From a virus: a stretch of DNA of 64,000 bases. Shown here one piece after another: positions 41,549 through 52,037 of the stretch (positions are counted from its first letter, which is position 1; each line of letters begins with the position of its first letter). The position numbers were made by a program, and so were the translations under genes. Under the pieces are notes generated by a model. The model was not told the DNA's origin and did no database searches. It was given only the letters and a program-made list of their open reading frames with translations. The stretch lies in the IMG/VR virus record IMGVR_UViG_3300042446_001732, positions 1 to 64,000 of that record; one strand, written 5' to 3'.

Positions 41549-42039
41549 ACATTTATCTTGACATGGATGATGTGGTAGCAGACTGGATGGCTCATGCACA
41601 GGACTTTTTAAAAATGCGATGGAATCATGAAACAAGTGAGCGTGTTCCGCAGTCAGACTGGGACAAACTCAAATCTGACACACATTTTTATCGCTCTTTG
41701 CCCTTGAAAGCTGGCGCACATGAACTGGTTGATTACTGCCGTGAATTGACACAGCACACCAATGGACACTTGCGGTTCTTGACTGCATTGCCACACGACT
41801 ACTCCATGCCATTTGCTGTGAGCGACAAAGTGTTTTGGGCACAGGAACATTTTGCGGATGTTCCGGTTACAATTGGTCCTTTTTCTTTTGACAAATGGCG
41901 TCATTGCAAAAATCCCACTGATATTTTGATCGATGATCGCACCAGCAACTGTGAAGAATGGATCAAGGCTGGGGGCCTGGCACACATTTATCGAGACTGG
42001 CCTGCTTGCAAAGCATGGTTTGAGGAAATTATCAAATGA
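41545..42039 (+). CDS. HAD-family 5'(3')-deoxyribonucleotidase
   Basis: LDMDDVVAD, LTA, K..W, LIDD...N..EW...GG motifs. Confidence 0.85.
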   Translation: MNIYLDMDDVVADWMAHAQDFLKMRWNHETSERVPQSDWDKLKSDTHFYRSLPLKAGAHELVDYCRELTQHTNGHLRFLTALPHDYSMPFAVSDKVFWAQEHFADVPVTIGPFSFDKWRHCKNPTDILIDDRTSNCEEWIKAGGLAHIYRDWPACKAWFEEIIK

Positions 42040-42560
42040 AAACATTACCTAAGTTACTAATTATTGGCAATGCTCGTCACGGCAAAGACACAGTGTGTGA
42101 CATATTACGTGAAGAATTTGCATACTCTTTTCGTTCCAGTTCAGACTTTTGCGCAGAAAAATTTATCTATGCCGAACTCAAACACAAGTACGGATACACC
42201 ACCTACGAGCAGTGTTTTTTGGACCGGCACAATCACAGAGCCGAATGGTATGACATGATACATGCCTACTGCAAAGATGACTATGCTAGATTGGGACGTG
42301 AGATTTTTGCTGAAAATTCAATCTACTGTGGCCTGAGAAACAAAGGTGAATTTCATGCCATGCGCAACACCAAAGTTTTTGACTACGCTATCTGGGTTGA
42401 TCGCAGCGATCATTTGCCTCAAGAAGACAAGAGCAGCATGACTCTGGAACCCTGGATGTCAGACTATGTGATTGACAACAACGGCACACTAGCGGACCTA
42501 CAAAGAAACACAATTGAACTGATCACACGTCTGGTTGCAGATCACCAGGCCGCCATGTAG
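42036..42560 (+). CDS. dNMP kinase-like P-loop protein
   Basis: GNARHGKDT P-loop, G.R...E, D.VIDNNGTL. Confidence 0.75.
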   Translation: MKTLPKLLIIGNARHGKDTVCDILREEFAYSFRSSSDFCAEKFIYAELKHKYGYTTYEQCFLDRHNHRAEWYDMIHAYCKDDYARLGREIFAENSIYCGLRNKGEFHAMRNTKVFDYAIWVDRSDHLPQEDKSSMTLEPWMSDYVIDNNGTLADLQRNTIELITRLVADHQAAM

Positions 42561-42870
42561 AATCAGATTTTGATAAATCAACTTCGCAGTTGCGGCACAC
42601 AGTTTTGAGATTTTTAGCTTCGCAATTGTTGAGATTGCTGTCTGCATGATATACCAACATTTGTGCTGAATACCGGGCCTTGAATCCGCAGCGATCGCAC
42701 TGCATTTTTCTCTTGTACCCAGCTGCTTCCCAGTTGGGTTTTCTTTTGGGCAAACCACGTTTTTTACGCAGACAATTTTCACACTTGCTTCGATAGTGTG
42801 TGATATTGTCTCGGTGATAGTTTACGGCACAAGGACGCTGGTTACAAGTTGTGCAAGTGGGTCTTTTCAT
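42523..42870 (-). CDS. Zn-finger / degenerate HNH-like protein
   Basis: Four CxxC pairs and H.D.N..N....NL..VC.NC; start at ATG 42870, 4 nt from TAAATA. Confidence 0.65.
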   Translation of the reverse strand: MKRPTCTTCNQRPCAVNYHRDNITHYRSKCENCLRKKRGLPKRKPNWEAAGYKRKMQCDRCGFKARYSAQMLVYHADSNLNNCEAKNLKTVCRNCEVDLSKSDSTWRPGDLQPDV

Positions 42871-42966
42871 GGGGTATTTATTGGCGGACCTTTGCAAAGG
42901 GCAGTGTAGAACACTGTTTTTTCAATATGCCTATAAATATCTACAACTTGAAAAGGAAACCACAAG

Positions 42967-45900
42967 ATGGCTCTAATCTCCCCCGGCGTAGAAGTAACAG
43001 TAATTGACGAAAGTCAGTACATCCCTTCAGCAGTTAACACAGTACCCTACTTTGTAGTAGCAACCGCACAGAACAAAGTTTCTAGTGATGGTATCACTGT
43101 GGCAGCTGGAACCACTGCTGCAAACGCTAACAAAACTTATTTGATCACTAGTCAACGTGATTTGGCAGCCACATACGGTGTGCCTTTCTTCTACAACACA
43201 ACCACTGGTACACCTATCAATGGTTATGAACTCAATGAATATGGTTTGCTTGCTGCTTACTCAGCACTGGGCGTTACCAATCGTGCATATGTTCAACGTG
43301 TGGACATTGACCTTACTGAACTCACAGCTTCTTTGAGTCGCCCAGTTGGATCAGCTGTAGATGGCACCTATTGGTTAGACACTGCAAACAGCCTCTGGGG
43401 TATTTTTGAATGGAATCAAACCACTGCTTCATTCACAAACATAACTCCTATTGTTATTACTAGTACTGCTGATGTTGTGAGCGCGGTTGGCGGCGACTAC
43501 ACACCACTTACCACTGTTGGCAATATTGGTGACTACGCTGTGGTGCCAATTGATAACTTTATTACTGGCTACTACAAAAACAGCAGCAATGCCTGGGTTC
43601 AGATTGGATCCACTGCTTGGCAAACCAGCTGGGCAACAATCACTGGCACCAATACACCATCCAGTTTGACTGTTGGTAACAACATGTATATCAATGACAA
43701 TTTGATCACAGTGGGTGCTACTAACACTGTGGCAGGTTTTGCTGCCTTGATCAACGCTGCTGCTATTGCAGGTGTTACTGCTGCTGCGGTATCTGGCAAG
43801 TTGGCAATTTATGCCAATTCAAATGCTACCAATGATGGTTCAACTGCAACCAACGGTGTGGTATCCATCCAAGCTGGTCCTAATTCAGGTGCAGCATTGT
43901 TGACAGCACTGGGCATCACAGCCGATGAGTATTTTGCTCCTGTTTACTTTCCAGGTTACAGCTATCAAAGTCCCCGTTGGAGAACCACAGATACAACCCC
44001 TCGCCCAACTGGCAGTGTGTGGAACAACGTTAGTAGTGCCAACAACGGATTGAATCTTTCGTTCAAACAATACAATGCAGCACTAGACACCTTTGTTGCA
44101 CAAGCTGTGCCTGCTTTTGCCAATGATCCGTTTGCATTTGGCACCCTAGACCCCAATGGTGGAGGCAAAAATATACCCGTTGGCACCACCTACGTTCAGT
44201 ATGATGCGCAACAGTATCTAACCTCTCCCAATAGTTCTTTTAACTTTTTGATACTTGAAAGACTTTCATTGGGTCAAGCAATATATACTGGTACCACAAC
44301 ACCTGTAGGTAATGCATTTACAGTTGGCAACAGTTTCACTCTAGCAGGTACTACTCAGAACAATCCACAGTCTCTTAATACAGCCACTGTCACCATTGGC
44401 GGCACCGGCACAGTGTCTGATTTTATCACAGCAGTCAGTCAGGCCAATGTGCCTCACGTAATTGCCAGTGTTAACTCTGCAGGCAACATTGTGTTTACAC
44501 ATGTGCTTGGCGGAACGATTGCGGTTACTCCCATCAGCGGAACGCCACTGACAGCCGCTGGATTCACCTTGGCAACTCCCAAAGCTCGTGAATCCAGCAC
44601 TGTTGCTAACACAATTGTGTTTAGTAATTTTGTAACCACACCACTGTTTACCTATACAGCCAGTGATACAGAACCTGATCAGGATCCAGCTGATGGACGT
44701 TTATGGTTCTACAGCACCGTGAGTGATGTGGACGTCATGATCCAAAACAATGGTGCCTGGGTGGGATATCAAAACGTCGTCAATGACGTTCGTGGTTTTG
44801 ATCTGTCACAGACCAATGCATCGGGTCCTATTATTGCAGCATCTGCGCCAACCACTCAAAATGACGCAGCATTATCGCCACTGGAATACGGCGATTTGTG
44901 GATTGATTCCAGTGATCTAGAAAATTATCCTGTGATGTATCGCTGGCAGCCAGTCAGCGGTGTTGACCAGTGGGTAGCAATTGACACCACTGATCAGGTC
45001 ACCGACAATGGGGTGTTATTTGCAGATGCTAGATGGGCACCCAACGGCACCACAGATCCTGTAGCAGATGCGTTTCCAACTATCATTAGTTTGTTAACCA
45101 GCAATTACCTTGACCTAGATGCCCCAGATCCTGCACTGTATCCACAAGGCATGCTGTTGTGGAACACACGCCGTTCGGGCTACAATGTCAAGAGTTTCCA
45201 GGCCAATTACTTTAACTCAACAACATTCCCTGACGACACATTGCCAGCTGAAACCAACACCTGGCTCACCGCCAGTGGCAACAAAACCGACGGTGCTATG
45301 TATTCAGGACGTCTGGCACAACGTAAAATGATTGTGGCTGCAATGAAGTCGGGTATTGACACCAGTACTGCTGCACGTGAAGAACAAAATCAGTTTAACA
45401 TCATTGCTACACCTGCGTATCCTGAACTGACACCAAACATGATTGCACTCAGCAACGAGCGCAACAACACACTATTTGTGGTAGCAGATACTCCAATGCG
45501 ACTTGGTGCAAGCGGCACGGAACTGGTTACTTGGGCAACCAATGACCTTGGCGCCGGCCTTCCAACTGAAGACGGCAACTCAGCAACCAGTAACTATGCT
45601 GGTGCATTCTACCCCAGCTGCCAGACCACAGACTTAGGAGGTAACTTGGTTGTTGCTCCACCAAGCCATATGATGGTACGTACAATTCTGCGCAGTGATG
45701 CTGTGAGCTATCCTTGGTTGGCACCAGCTGGTACACGTCGCGGTGTGATTGACAATGCCAGCGCAATTGGATACATTGACAGTGCCACTGGAGAATTCCA
45801 ACAAATTGGTGTGAGTCAAAGTGTCCGTGATATCTTGTACGAGCGTAACATCAACCCAATTACCTTTATTCCGGGCATTGGTATTACCAACTTTGGTAAC

Positions 45901-46248
45901 AAGACCACAACTATCACAACCACAGCACTGGATCGTATCAACGTTGCTCGACTGGTTGCGTTCTTGCGTGGACGACTTGAAGAAATTGGTAAACTGTTCT
46001 TGTTCGAACCCAACGACGAAATCACACGCAACGAAATCACCAATTTGTGCAACAGCTTGATGATTGACCTGATTGCTAAACGAGCAATTTATGACTACCT
46101 GGTTGTTTGTGACTTGAGCAACAACACACCAGCACGTATTGACCGCAACGAATTGTGGGTTGACATTGCGATTGAACCAGTGAAAGCTGTGGAATTTATC
46201 TACATCCCGCTGCGTATCAAGAACACTGGCGAGATTGCTGCTGGATAA
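42967..46248 (+). CDS. gp18: Tail sheath protein with large insertions
   Basis: SPGVEVTVIDES N-terminus; PWLAPAG..RG, INPI, DRINV.RL, I.P.KA.EFI C-terminus. Confidence 0.95.
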   Translation: MALISPGVEVTVIDESQYIPSAVNTVPYFVVATAQNKVSSDGITVAAGTTAANANKTYLITSQRDLAATYGVPFFYNTTTGTPINGYELNEYGLLAAYSALGVTNRAYVQRVDIDLTELTASLSRPVGSAVDGTYWLDTANSLWGIFEWNQTTASFTNITPIVITSTADVVSAVGGDYTPLTTVGNIGDYAVVPIDNFITGYYKNSSNAWVQIGSTAWQTSWATITGTNTPSSLTVGNNMYINDNLITVGATNTVAGFAALINAAAIAGVTAAAVSGKLAIYANSNATNDGSTATNGVVSIQAGPNSGAALLTALGITADEYFAPVYFPGYSYQSPRWRTTDTTPRPTGSVWNNVSSANNGLNLSFKQYNAALDTFVAQAVPAFANDPFAFGTLDPNGGGKNIPVGTTYVQYDAQQYLTSPNSSFNFLILERLSLGQAIYTGTTTPVGNAFTVGNSFTLAGTTQNNPQSLNTATVTIGGTGTVSDFITAVSQANVPHVIASVNSAGNIVFTHVLGGTIAVTPISGTPLTAAGFTLATPKARESSTVANTIVFSNFVTTPLFTYTASDTEPDQDPADGRLWFYSTVSDVDVMIQNNGAWVGYQNVVNDVRGFDLSQTNASGPIIAASAPTTQNDAALSPLEYGDLWIDSSDLENYPVMYRWQPVSGVDQWVAIDTTDQVTDNGVLFADARWAPNGTTDPVADAFPTIISLLTSNYLDLDAPDPALYPQGMLLWNTRRSGYNVKSFQANYFNSTTFPDDTLPAETNTWLTASGNKTDGAMYSGRLAQRKMIVAAMKSGIDTSTAAREEQNQFNIIATPAYPELTPNMIALSNERNNTLFVVADTPMRLGASGTELVTWATNDLGAGLPTEDGNSATSNYAGAFYPSCQTTDLGGNLVVAPPSHMMVRTILRSDAVSYPWLAPAGTRRGVIDNASAIGYIDSATGEFQQIGVSQSVRDILYERNINPITFIPGIGITNFGNKTTTITTTALDRINVARLVAFLRGRLEEIGKLFLFEPNDEITRNEITNLCNSLMIDLIAKRAIYDYLVVCDLSNNTPARIDRNELWVDIAIEPVKAVEFIYIPLRIKNTGEIAAG

Positions 46249-46257
46249 TCAAGAAAA

Positions 46258-46281
46258 AGGTGGGTGATTTTTCACTCACCT
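46258..46281. terminator. Hairpin between the sheath and tube genes (terminator or processing site)
   Basis: AGGTGGGTGA-TTTT-TCACTCACCT; no U tract on the + strand. Confidence 0.45.
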
Positions 46282-46314
46282 GATTCAGGTAAATAAACAC
46301 ATAGGAGATAACAA

Positions 46315-46938
46315 ATGGCAGTTTCATCATTACAGCGCATGACAGTACCTTTGGCAAGCGATCAAAGTTCGCCAACCCAGGGCCTGTTGATGCCCAAACT
46401 CAAATATCGCTTTAGAGTGATGTTTGAAAACTTTGGTGTGTCAAAACCCACCACCGAATTGACCAAGCAGGTCATGAGTTTTTCACGTCCAAATCCAACA
46501 TTTGAAGAAATTTCATTGCCAATCTACAATTCAACATTAAAATTGGCCGGCAAACATTCGTGGCCAGATGTCACATGCGAAGTACGCGACGATGCAGGCG
46601 GCTCTGTAAGCAAGTTGATTGGCGAACAGTTGCAAAAACAAATGGACTTCTTAGAAATGGCTAGTGCAGCGTCTGGTATTGACTACAAGTTTACTACTGT
46701 GGTAGAAATACTCGACGGCGGCAACGGCGCCAGTACTCCGGTGGTTCTTGAAACCTGGAATCTGTATGGCTGCTACATTAAAAATGCAGACTACGGTGCT
46801 CTTAACTACGGTGAAAGTGCTCCAGTGACAATCAACATGACCATCACTTATGACAACGCCAATCAAGGCGAGGGTGAGGGTGTTGGTACTTTGATTGGTA
46901 GAACTATTGGTGATGTGGTAACTGGCGCCGGAGCTTAA
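46315..46938 (+). CDS. gp19: Tail tube protein
   Basis: Follows the sheath gene; RFRV.F, AGK..W, W.LYGC...YG.L.Y...T.TYD pattern. Confidence 0.85.
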   Translation: MAVSSLQRMTVPLASDQSSPTQGLLMPKLKYRFRVMFENFGVSKPTTELTKQVMSFSRPNPTFEEISLPIYNSTLKLAGKHSWPDVTCEVRDDAGGSVSKLIGEQLQKQMDFLEMASAASGIDYKFTTVVEILDGGNGASTPVVLETWNLYGCYIKNADYGALNYGESAPVTINMTITYDNANQGEGEGVGTLIGRTIGDVVTGAGA

Positions 46939-46943
46939 ACTCC

Positions 46944-48122
46944 ATGGGCAGTTTTGGCCAAGACTTCGCTAAGGGTTTTTTTGGCACCGACAGCTTGCGT
47001 GATTATACTCACGCAAGCAAGGTCTTTCGCACAAATGCATACGAACTTAAACCTCGGTTCAAGTTTCTTTTTCACGTTAGCTTCACAGTCAACTATCAAC
47101 AGATCCCTGCACTCAAAGGTGCAATGGACATTGATGCGTTGACCAATCTCAGTTATGTGGTCAAAACCGCTGACCTTCCTAAATTCAATGTGACTCACGA
47201 ATACATGAATCAGTATAATCGTAAACGTCTGGTTCAGACCAAGATCAACTACGATCCCATAACTCTCACATTCCACGACGACGGCAGCGATACTGTGCGT
47301 AACATGTGGTACAACTACTACAGCTACTACTACAAAGATGCCAGTCAAAAGTATGGTAATGATTCAAACACCAATGGCAGTGCAGGTGCTAGTCAAAATC
47401 AACAAAATGGGTTTGGCGGCTGGGAACGTGATATCTATTCAGACAACCGACAGGTTAACGACTGGGGCTATATCGGCGAAGCAGTCAACGACGGCACCAA
47501 CACCACAACATCTGCAGGCGGCAAACCTGCATTTTTCCGCGACATTCGCATCTACGGATTTGACACCAACCACAAGTATGCTGAATACGTGATGATCAAT
47601 CCTATCATTACCAACTGGGCGCATGATCAGTATGATTACAGTGCTGGCAACGGCACCATGCAAAATACCATGACTGTAGCATACGAAAGTATCAAGTATT
47701 ACGCTAAAGCACCAAACAAATCTGCGGTGGGCTTTGGCAAACCTGAACACTATGACACAACTCGTAGTCCTATTGCTAGACCAGGCAGCACCAACAGCAT
47801 CTTTGGTCAAGGCGGCTTGTTGGATGTAGTAGGTGGTATCAGTGAAGACTTGCAAAGCGGATCAGTGTTGGGTGTGATTGGTGCTGTGCAAAAAGCTGGC
47901 ACATTCTACAACACCAACAAGCAATTTGGCGGCCTTAAAACGCTGGCCGTAAGTGAAGCCAAGGCACTGGGCAAAGATGTGTTGGTAGGAGCATTGCCAG
48001 CTGCTACTCGAGCAGTTGCCAGCAAGGCTGACGGCTGGATATTCCCCACTGCACAACAAACACGTCAAACCGCAGGTGCCGCAGCGGCAGCCAGAGCCAA
48101 CGGCGCAGGAACCCCACAATGA
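46944..48122 (+). CDS. Tube-fold baseplate/tail-tube initiator protein (gp54/gp48-like)
   Basis: LP.F......NQYN......YDPI.LTFHDD tube-like motif. Confidence 0.6.
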   Translation: MGSFGQDFAKGFFGTDSLRDYTHASKVFRTNAYELKPRFKFLFHVSFTVNYQQIPALKGAMDIDALTNLSYVVKTADLPKFNVTHEYMNQYNRKRLVQTKINYDPITLTFHDDGSDTVRNMWYNYYSYYYKDASQKYGNDSNTNGSAGASQNQQNGFGGWERDIYSDNRQVNDWGYIGEAVNDGTNTTTSAGGKPAFFRDIRIYGFDTNHKYAEYVMINPIITNWAHDQYDYSAGNGTMQNTMTVAYESIKYYAKAPNKSAVGFGKPEHYDTTRSPIARPGSTNSIFGQGGLLDVVGGISEDLQSGSVLGVIGAVQKAGTFYNTNKQFGGLKTLAVSEAKALGKDVLVGALPAATRAVASKADGWIFPTAQQTRQTAGAAAAARANGAGTPQ

Positions 48123-48481
48123 GCACAGTCAACGAAGTCAACCCAAGACTGGGACAAACAGTCAGAGTGTTTGATTCCTTTTATGCATTTGATATAAATG
48201 CGTCGGCTGCAGAATATGATGTGGTGTTTAGTTATTTTCAAAAACAAATGACCACAAAACAAGCAGCAGGAAACTTCACTGTGAGCCTGTTTAGAGTTGC
48301 TCAAGAAACTGGTATCCCAGCGCTGACCTTGCTGTCAGAGTTTGAAGGCACAGCAGGCGGAGTTAATCTCAATGTGCAATTGGCCTATTATCTCAACTTG
48401 ATACGTAATCGTGCCACTTTGTTGGGTGTGGGTGTGGCAGTGACACCCAACTATTATCCAGCTCGAGCAGTGATACAATGA
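48119..48481 (+). CDS. Hypothetical tail-module protein
   Basis: ATGA overlaps on both sides. Confidence 0.6.
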   Translation: MSTVNEVNPRLGQTVRVFDSFYAFDINASAAEYDVVFSYFQKQMTTKQAAGNFTVSLFRVAQETGIPALTLLSEFEGTAGGVNLNVQLAYYLNLIRNRATLLGVGVAVTPNYYPARAVIQ

Positions 48482-48909
48482 GTCATTGGGCCCAGGGCAG
48501 CTACGATGTGATAAACCGGGCCAAGTATGTGGGCAAAGGCATACCTAGATATCGGTCAGGCTGGGAACTCAGCTTCATGCGATTTTGTGACACCAATGAT
48601 CATATCTTGCAGTGGGCCAGTGAGTCAATTGCTATTCCATACAAGCATCCGCTGACAGGCAAAATGACACAGTACATTCCAGACTTTTTGATCACTTATC
48701 GTACAAGAACCAACACAATGAAAGCAGAGCTGATTGAAATCAAGCCCAAAAAGCAAAGTGTTATTGAATCAAAAATGAGCAGTCGAGATCGTGCTGTTGT
48801 TGCTATCAACTACGCCAAATGGGACGCTGCTACCAAATGGGCTCGCCGCAATGGTCTGAGCTTTAGAGTTATTACAGAAAATGACATGTTTCATAACGGT
48901 CGAGCATAA
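48478..48909 (+). CDS. gp4: Head completion protein (TnsA-like PD-(D/E)xK)
   Basis: YRSGWE..FM..CD, W.SE...IPY, Y.PDF, IEIKP, N.AKW.AA, F..ITE motifs. Confidence 0.92.
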   Translation: MSHWAQGSYDVINRAKYVGKGIPRYRSGWELSFMRFCDTNDHILQWASESIAIPYKHPLTGKMTQYIPDFLITYRTRTNTMKAELIEIKPKKQSVIESKMSSRDRAVVAINYAKWDAATKWARRNGLSFRVITENDMFHNGRA

Positions 48910-48924
48910 GCCACTAAATATGGC

Positions 48925-49425
48925 ATGACACGTAAACTCTCAGAACTGTTTGATCTACCTCCCACCACAGACGAAATAGACACTGCAATTCCTGATCTGC
49001 CCACCAGCAGAGAAACTTTGCAAGCGTTGGACACTGCTATTGACAAGATAGACACAGCATTACCAGCAGTTCGTGGCCTGGATTCAACCGACACAGAGAT
49101 GGACGAACTCAGTGATTTGGCCAAAAGCAGCTACAAAGATCTAATGGATCTTGGCATGCAAGTAGACAGCCGCTTTGCCAGCGAAATCTTTGGGGTAGCC
49201 AGCAACATGCTGGGCCATGCAATCACAGCAAAAACAGCCAAACTGGACAAAAAACTCAAGATGATTGATCTGCAACTGAAAAAGATGCGACTGGATCAAA
49301 CAGCCAAACCCGATGGCGACGACGGCTCAGGCCTTGTACAAACAGCACAAGGCGTGGTGTTGAGCCGTAATGATTTACTGGAACGTATCGTGGGTCGTAA
49401 AGATCAAAACGTTCAAAAAGAATAA
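48925..49425 (+). CDS. Helical protein, possibly the small terminase subunit
   Basis: Size and R...E...A..ML....K.L..Q pattern recall gp16 of marine T4-like phages; not adjacent to gp17. Confidence 0.4.
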   Translation: MTRKLSELFDLPPTTDEIDTAIPDLPTSRETLQALDTAIDKIDTALPAVRGLDSTDTEMDELSDLAKSSYKDLMDLGMQVDSRFASEIFGVASNMLGHAITAKTAKLDKKLKMIDLQLKKMRLDQTAKPDGDDGSGLVQTAQGVVLSRNDLLERIVGRKDQNVQKE

Positions 49426-49445
49426 ATAGAGCATAGGATACCGAT

Positions 49446-50054
49446 ATGAAACCATTTGCAAAATACCTAGCTGAAAGCGAACGTACCTACAATTATCGCA
49501 TCAAGATAGTTGGCGACGTGCCTTCGGACTTCTTTAGAGAACTTCAAGACAAACTGGCACAGTTTGACGTTGTTACAATGTCAAAGCCCAAGACAAGTCC
49601 AGTGCGTAAAGAGATTCCAGACTTTCCAGCTTTTCCCAACCAAAGCATGACCATTGTGGATGCAGAGTTCAAGTACCCTGCTATTGAACCACAAATCAAG
49701 CAGTTGGCACAGATACTGGGCATGGACCCTAATCGTATTGTGATGATGACCACACCCTACGAACAAAGCATGGACATTGAAGCTGAAAAGATCGGAAGTC
49801 AAAACAAAGACCTCCTAGACGATCCCACATATCCAGCCGATGATGCCCAACAACGTGCTCTCAAGAAAGACTACGGCGCAGACCCACATGATCATGTGGT
49901 GTTGAAGAATGCTTACAAGAGCAACTTTACTGTGGCTGGGGGAAAGACACCACCAGCAAAAACCACAAATGAATTGCCCATGGGCAATAAGAGCCCAATG
50001 ACCAATATCAAGCGTCAGCCCAAGCCAGCCACTGGCGCCAACCCAAGAGGATAA
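49446..50054 (+). CDS. Putative internal head protein
   Basis: N-terminus MKPFAKYLAE resembles the T4 capsid-targeting sequence. Confidence 0.5.
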   Translation: MKPFAKYLAESERTYNYRIKIVGDVPSDFFRELQDKLAQFDVVTMSKPKTSPVRKEIPDFPAFPNQSMTIVDAEFKYPAIEPQIKQLAQILGMDPNRIVMMTTPYEQSMDIEAEKIGSQNKDLLDDPTYPADDAQQRALKKDYGADPHDHVVLKNAYKSNFTVAGGKTPPAKTTNELPMGNKSPMTNIKRQPKPATGANPRG

Positions 50055-50058
50055 TATT

Positions 50059-52032
50059 ATGAGTTTCTTTTACGACCTAAACAAAAAACTAGATGGCATC
50101 CGTGCCACACCTGAAGTCACACACCAGCAACTAAACGAGCGTGATATGAGCCGTGCTGCCAAGGGCTATGAAAAATACGGCAAAGAGGGCATGGAAGCCT
50201 TGGCCAAGGCTGGACGCGAAGGCAAAGCTCTTGACCCTGTCCGCGCCAAGTATGACAAGTATGACAACACCGAAGTAGACGAAGGCGCCCACAGTCAGGA
50301 TGCCATGAAGTTGAATCCAGACTTTAACAAGATTGGCCGCAAGCCTGGCGTCATGGACCGTGTGGCCCAGGGTGTAAAAAAGATAGCTGATTTTGTAGCA
50401 CCTGGCGACGAAGACCTCATGCGTGACCTAGAACGCAAGAGCGGTGGCCGTCGCCCTACCAAAGAAGCTGCCCCAATGTCTGCCAAACAGAAATCGTTTG
50501 CTGCACTTGCTGAGCCTAAGGACAAGATCACCTTTGCCGACAAGATTGCTGGTGCCAAGAAAGAAGTTGACGAGATGCTGGGTGATGTTGCTGCCGAAGC
50601 AATGAAGAAAGCACTAGGCGGCGGTAAAGGTCGCAATGCTGAAATGGACGAAGCCAGCCAAGACAATGCATTCACTGCACACAAGCGAGCCCGTGTTGAA
50701 CAACCCAAAGTAGGCACAATCACTCATGGTTCCAAGCATGACGTAGAAGAAATTCCTGGCGGTCGCAGAGTCACTCGTCGCACTGATGCACAAGGTATCA
50801 GCGTTGGGGCCGATGATGACAAGCCAGCAGATGGCGAAAAGCGTGGACGTGGACGACCAAAAGGTCCTGAGAAAGCACCTGAGCGTGTGACTGGTGGTGC
50901 TACCAAGCACAAAGGCGGTCGACAAATGGCCAAAGAAGATGACAACGAAAGCGACGAAATCAAACAAGCAGTGGCCATGCTGAAGAAAGCTGGCTACAAA
51001 GTTAGCAAAGCCGCCGACAGTGCTGAACAAGTGGATGAAAAAGCCGTAAGCAAAAAACAACAAAAGTTCATGGGCATGGTGCATGCTGCACAAAAAGGTG
51101 ACAAGCCTGCCAGTGGAGCAGTTGCTAAAACAGCCAAGACCATGGGCAAAAAAGACGCAGAAGATTTTGCTGCAACCAAGCACAAGGGCCTGCCAGAAAA
51201 GAAAAAGCCTGAAGCCAAGAAAAAAGAAGTTGAAGAAACTTCTGACAACACACCAAGCAAGAGCTCAGGTGGCTTCAAGTTTGGTGGCGGCATCTACGAC
51301 AGCCTGAATCGTGACCTTGAAAATATGATTGCTGAAAGCATGAGCCGTCTTGACGAAAGCATGAGCATCAACATGAGCATGAACAACGACGAGCACGGTG
51401 GTCCAACTCGCAGTCTCACAGTCACAGCAACAGATGACGATGCAATGAAACTGAGTCAACTGTTGAAGAGTGCAGGACTTGGCGGAGGCGATGAAGGCTA
51501 CGGTGGTAGTGGAACACCTGACTGTTCATGTGGTGAACAACAAATGGACGAAGTGTCCATGAATCAGCCTGACTATCCTACCAATACTGAAACCAGCAAT
51601 GATGCACTGCAATACTCAGGTGGCCTGAACAAGCCCAAGTCAACTGGACAGACTACAATTCCTGTAATTGCCAGCCAAGAAGAACGTCAGTACACACAAG
51701 AAGGTTCTGACTATGACGACCTACAGGACAAAATACAATGGTTGATGGGTGCGCCAAATTATCTCAAACCCGACGAAGCCCGAGAAGCAGCAGCCTATAC
51801 ACCGGACACTGACAGTATCTGGGATGGCTATCGTGACGACACCAACGAAGATCCCATTGCTAGAATGATGGACATGGCTGGTGTCAAGAAAGCCAAGCCA
51901 GATTTTCTGGACGTTGACAAAGATGGTGACAAAAAAGAACCATTCAAGAAAGCAGCCAGCGAAAAAGAAAAACAAGTTGACGAAAGCATTTTTGCTATGA
52001 CAGCAAACTTGTGGAAAACCTACAAAGGATAA
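50059..52032 (+). CDS. Charged modular putative internal head protein with a DUF3008-like module
   Basis: AVSKKQQKFMG...DFAATKHKGLPEK module, DVDKDGD motif, many V/L/M-x-E sites. Confidence 0.6.
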   Translation: MSFFYDLNKKLDGIRATPEVTHQQLNERDMSRAAKGYEKYGKEGMEALAKAGREGKALDPVRAKYDKYDNTEVDEGAHSQDAMKLNPDFNKIGRKPGVMDRVAQGVKKIADFVAPGDEDLMRDLERKSGGRRPTKEAAPMSAKQKSFAALAEPKDKITFADKIAGAKKEVDEMLGDVAAEAMKKALGGGKGRNAEMDEASQDNAFTAHKRARVEQPKVGTITHGSKHDVEEIPGGRRVTRRTDAQGISVGADDDKPADGEKRGRGRPKGPEKAPERVTGGATKHKGGRQMAKEDDNESDEIKQAVAMLKKAGYKVSKAADSAEQVDEKAVSKKQQKFMGMVHAAQKGDKPASGAVAKTAKTMGKKDAEDFAATKHKGLPEKKKPEAKKKEVEETSDNTPSKSSGGFKFGGGIYDSLNRDLENMIAESMSRLDESMSINMSMNNDEHGGPTRSLTVTATDDDAMKLSQLLKSAGLGGGDEGYGGSGTPDCSCGEQQMDEVSMNQPDYPTNTETSNDALQYSGGLNKPKSTGQTTIPVIASQEERQYTQEGSDYDDLQDKIQWLMGAPNYLKPDEAREAAAYTPDTDSIWDGYRDDTNEDPIARMMDMAGVKKAKPDFLDVDKDGDKKEPFKKAASEKEKQVDESIFAMTANLWKTYKG

Positions 52033-52037
52033 TTATC

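Noticed and set aside
42523-42870. Mobile homing endonuclease
   Set aside because: The HNH-like motif is degenerate and there is no sign of insertion into a host gene, so mobility is unsupported.
48478-48909. TnsA-like nuclease as a transposon marker
   Set aside because: It matches the T4 gp4 head-completion family in its expected context, and no other transposon features are present.
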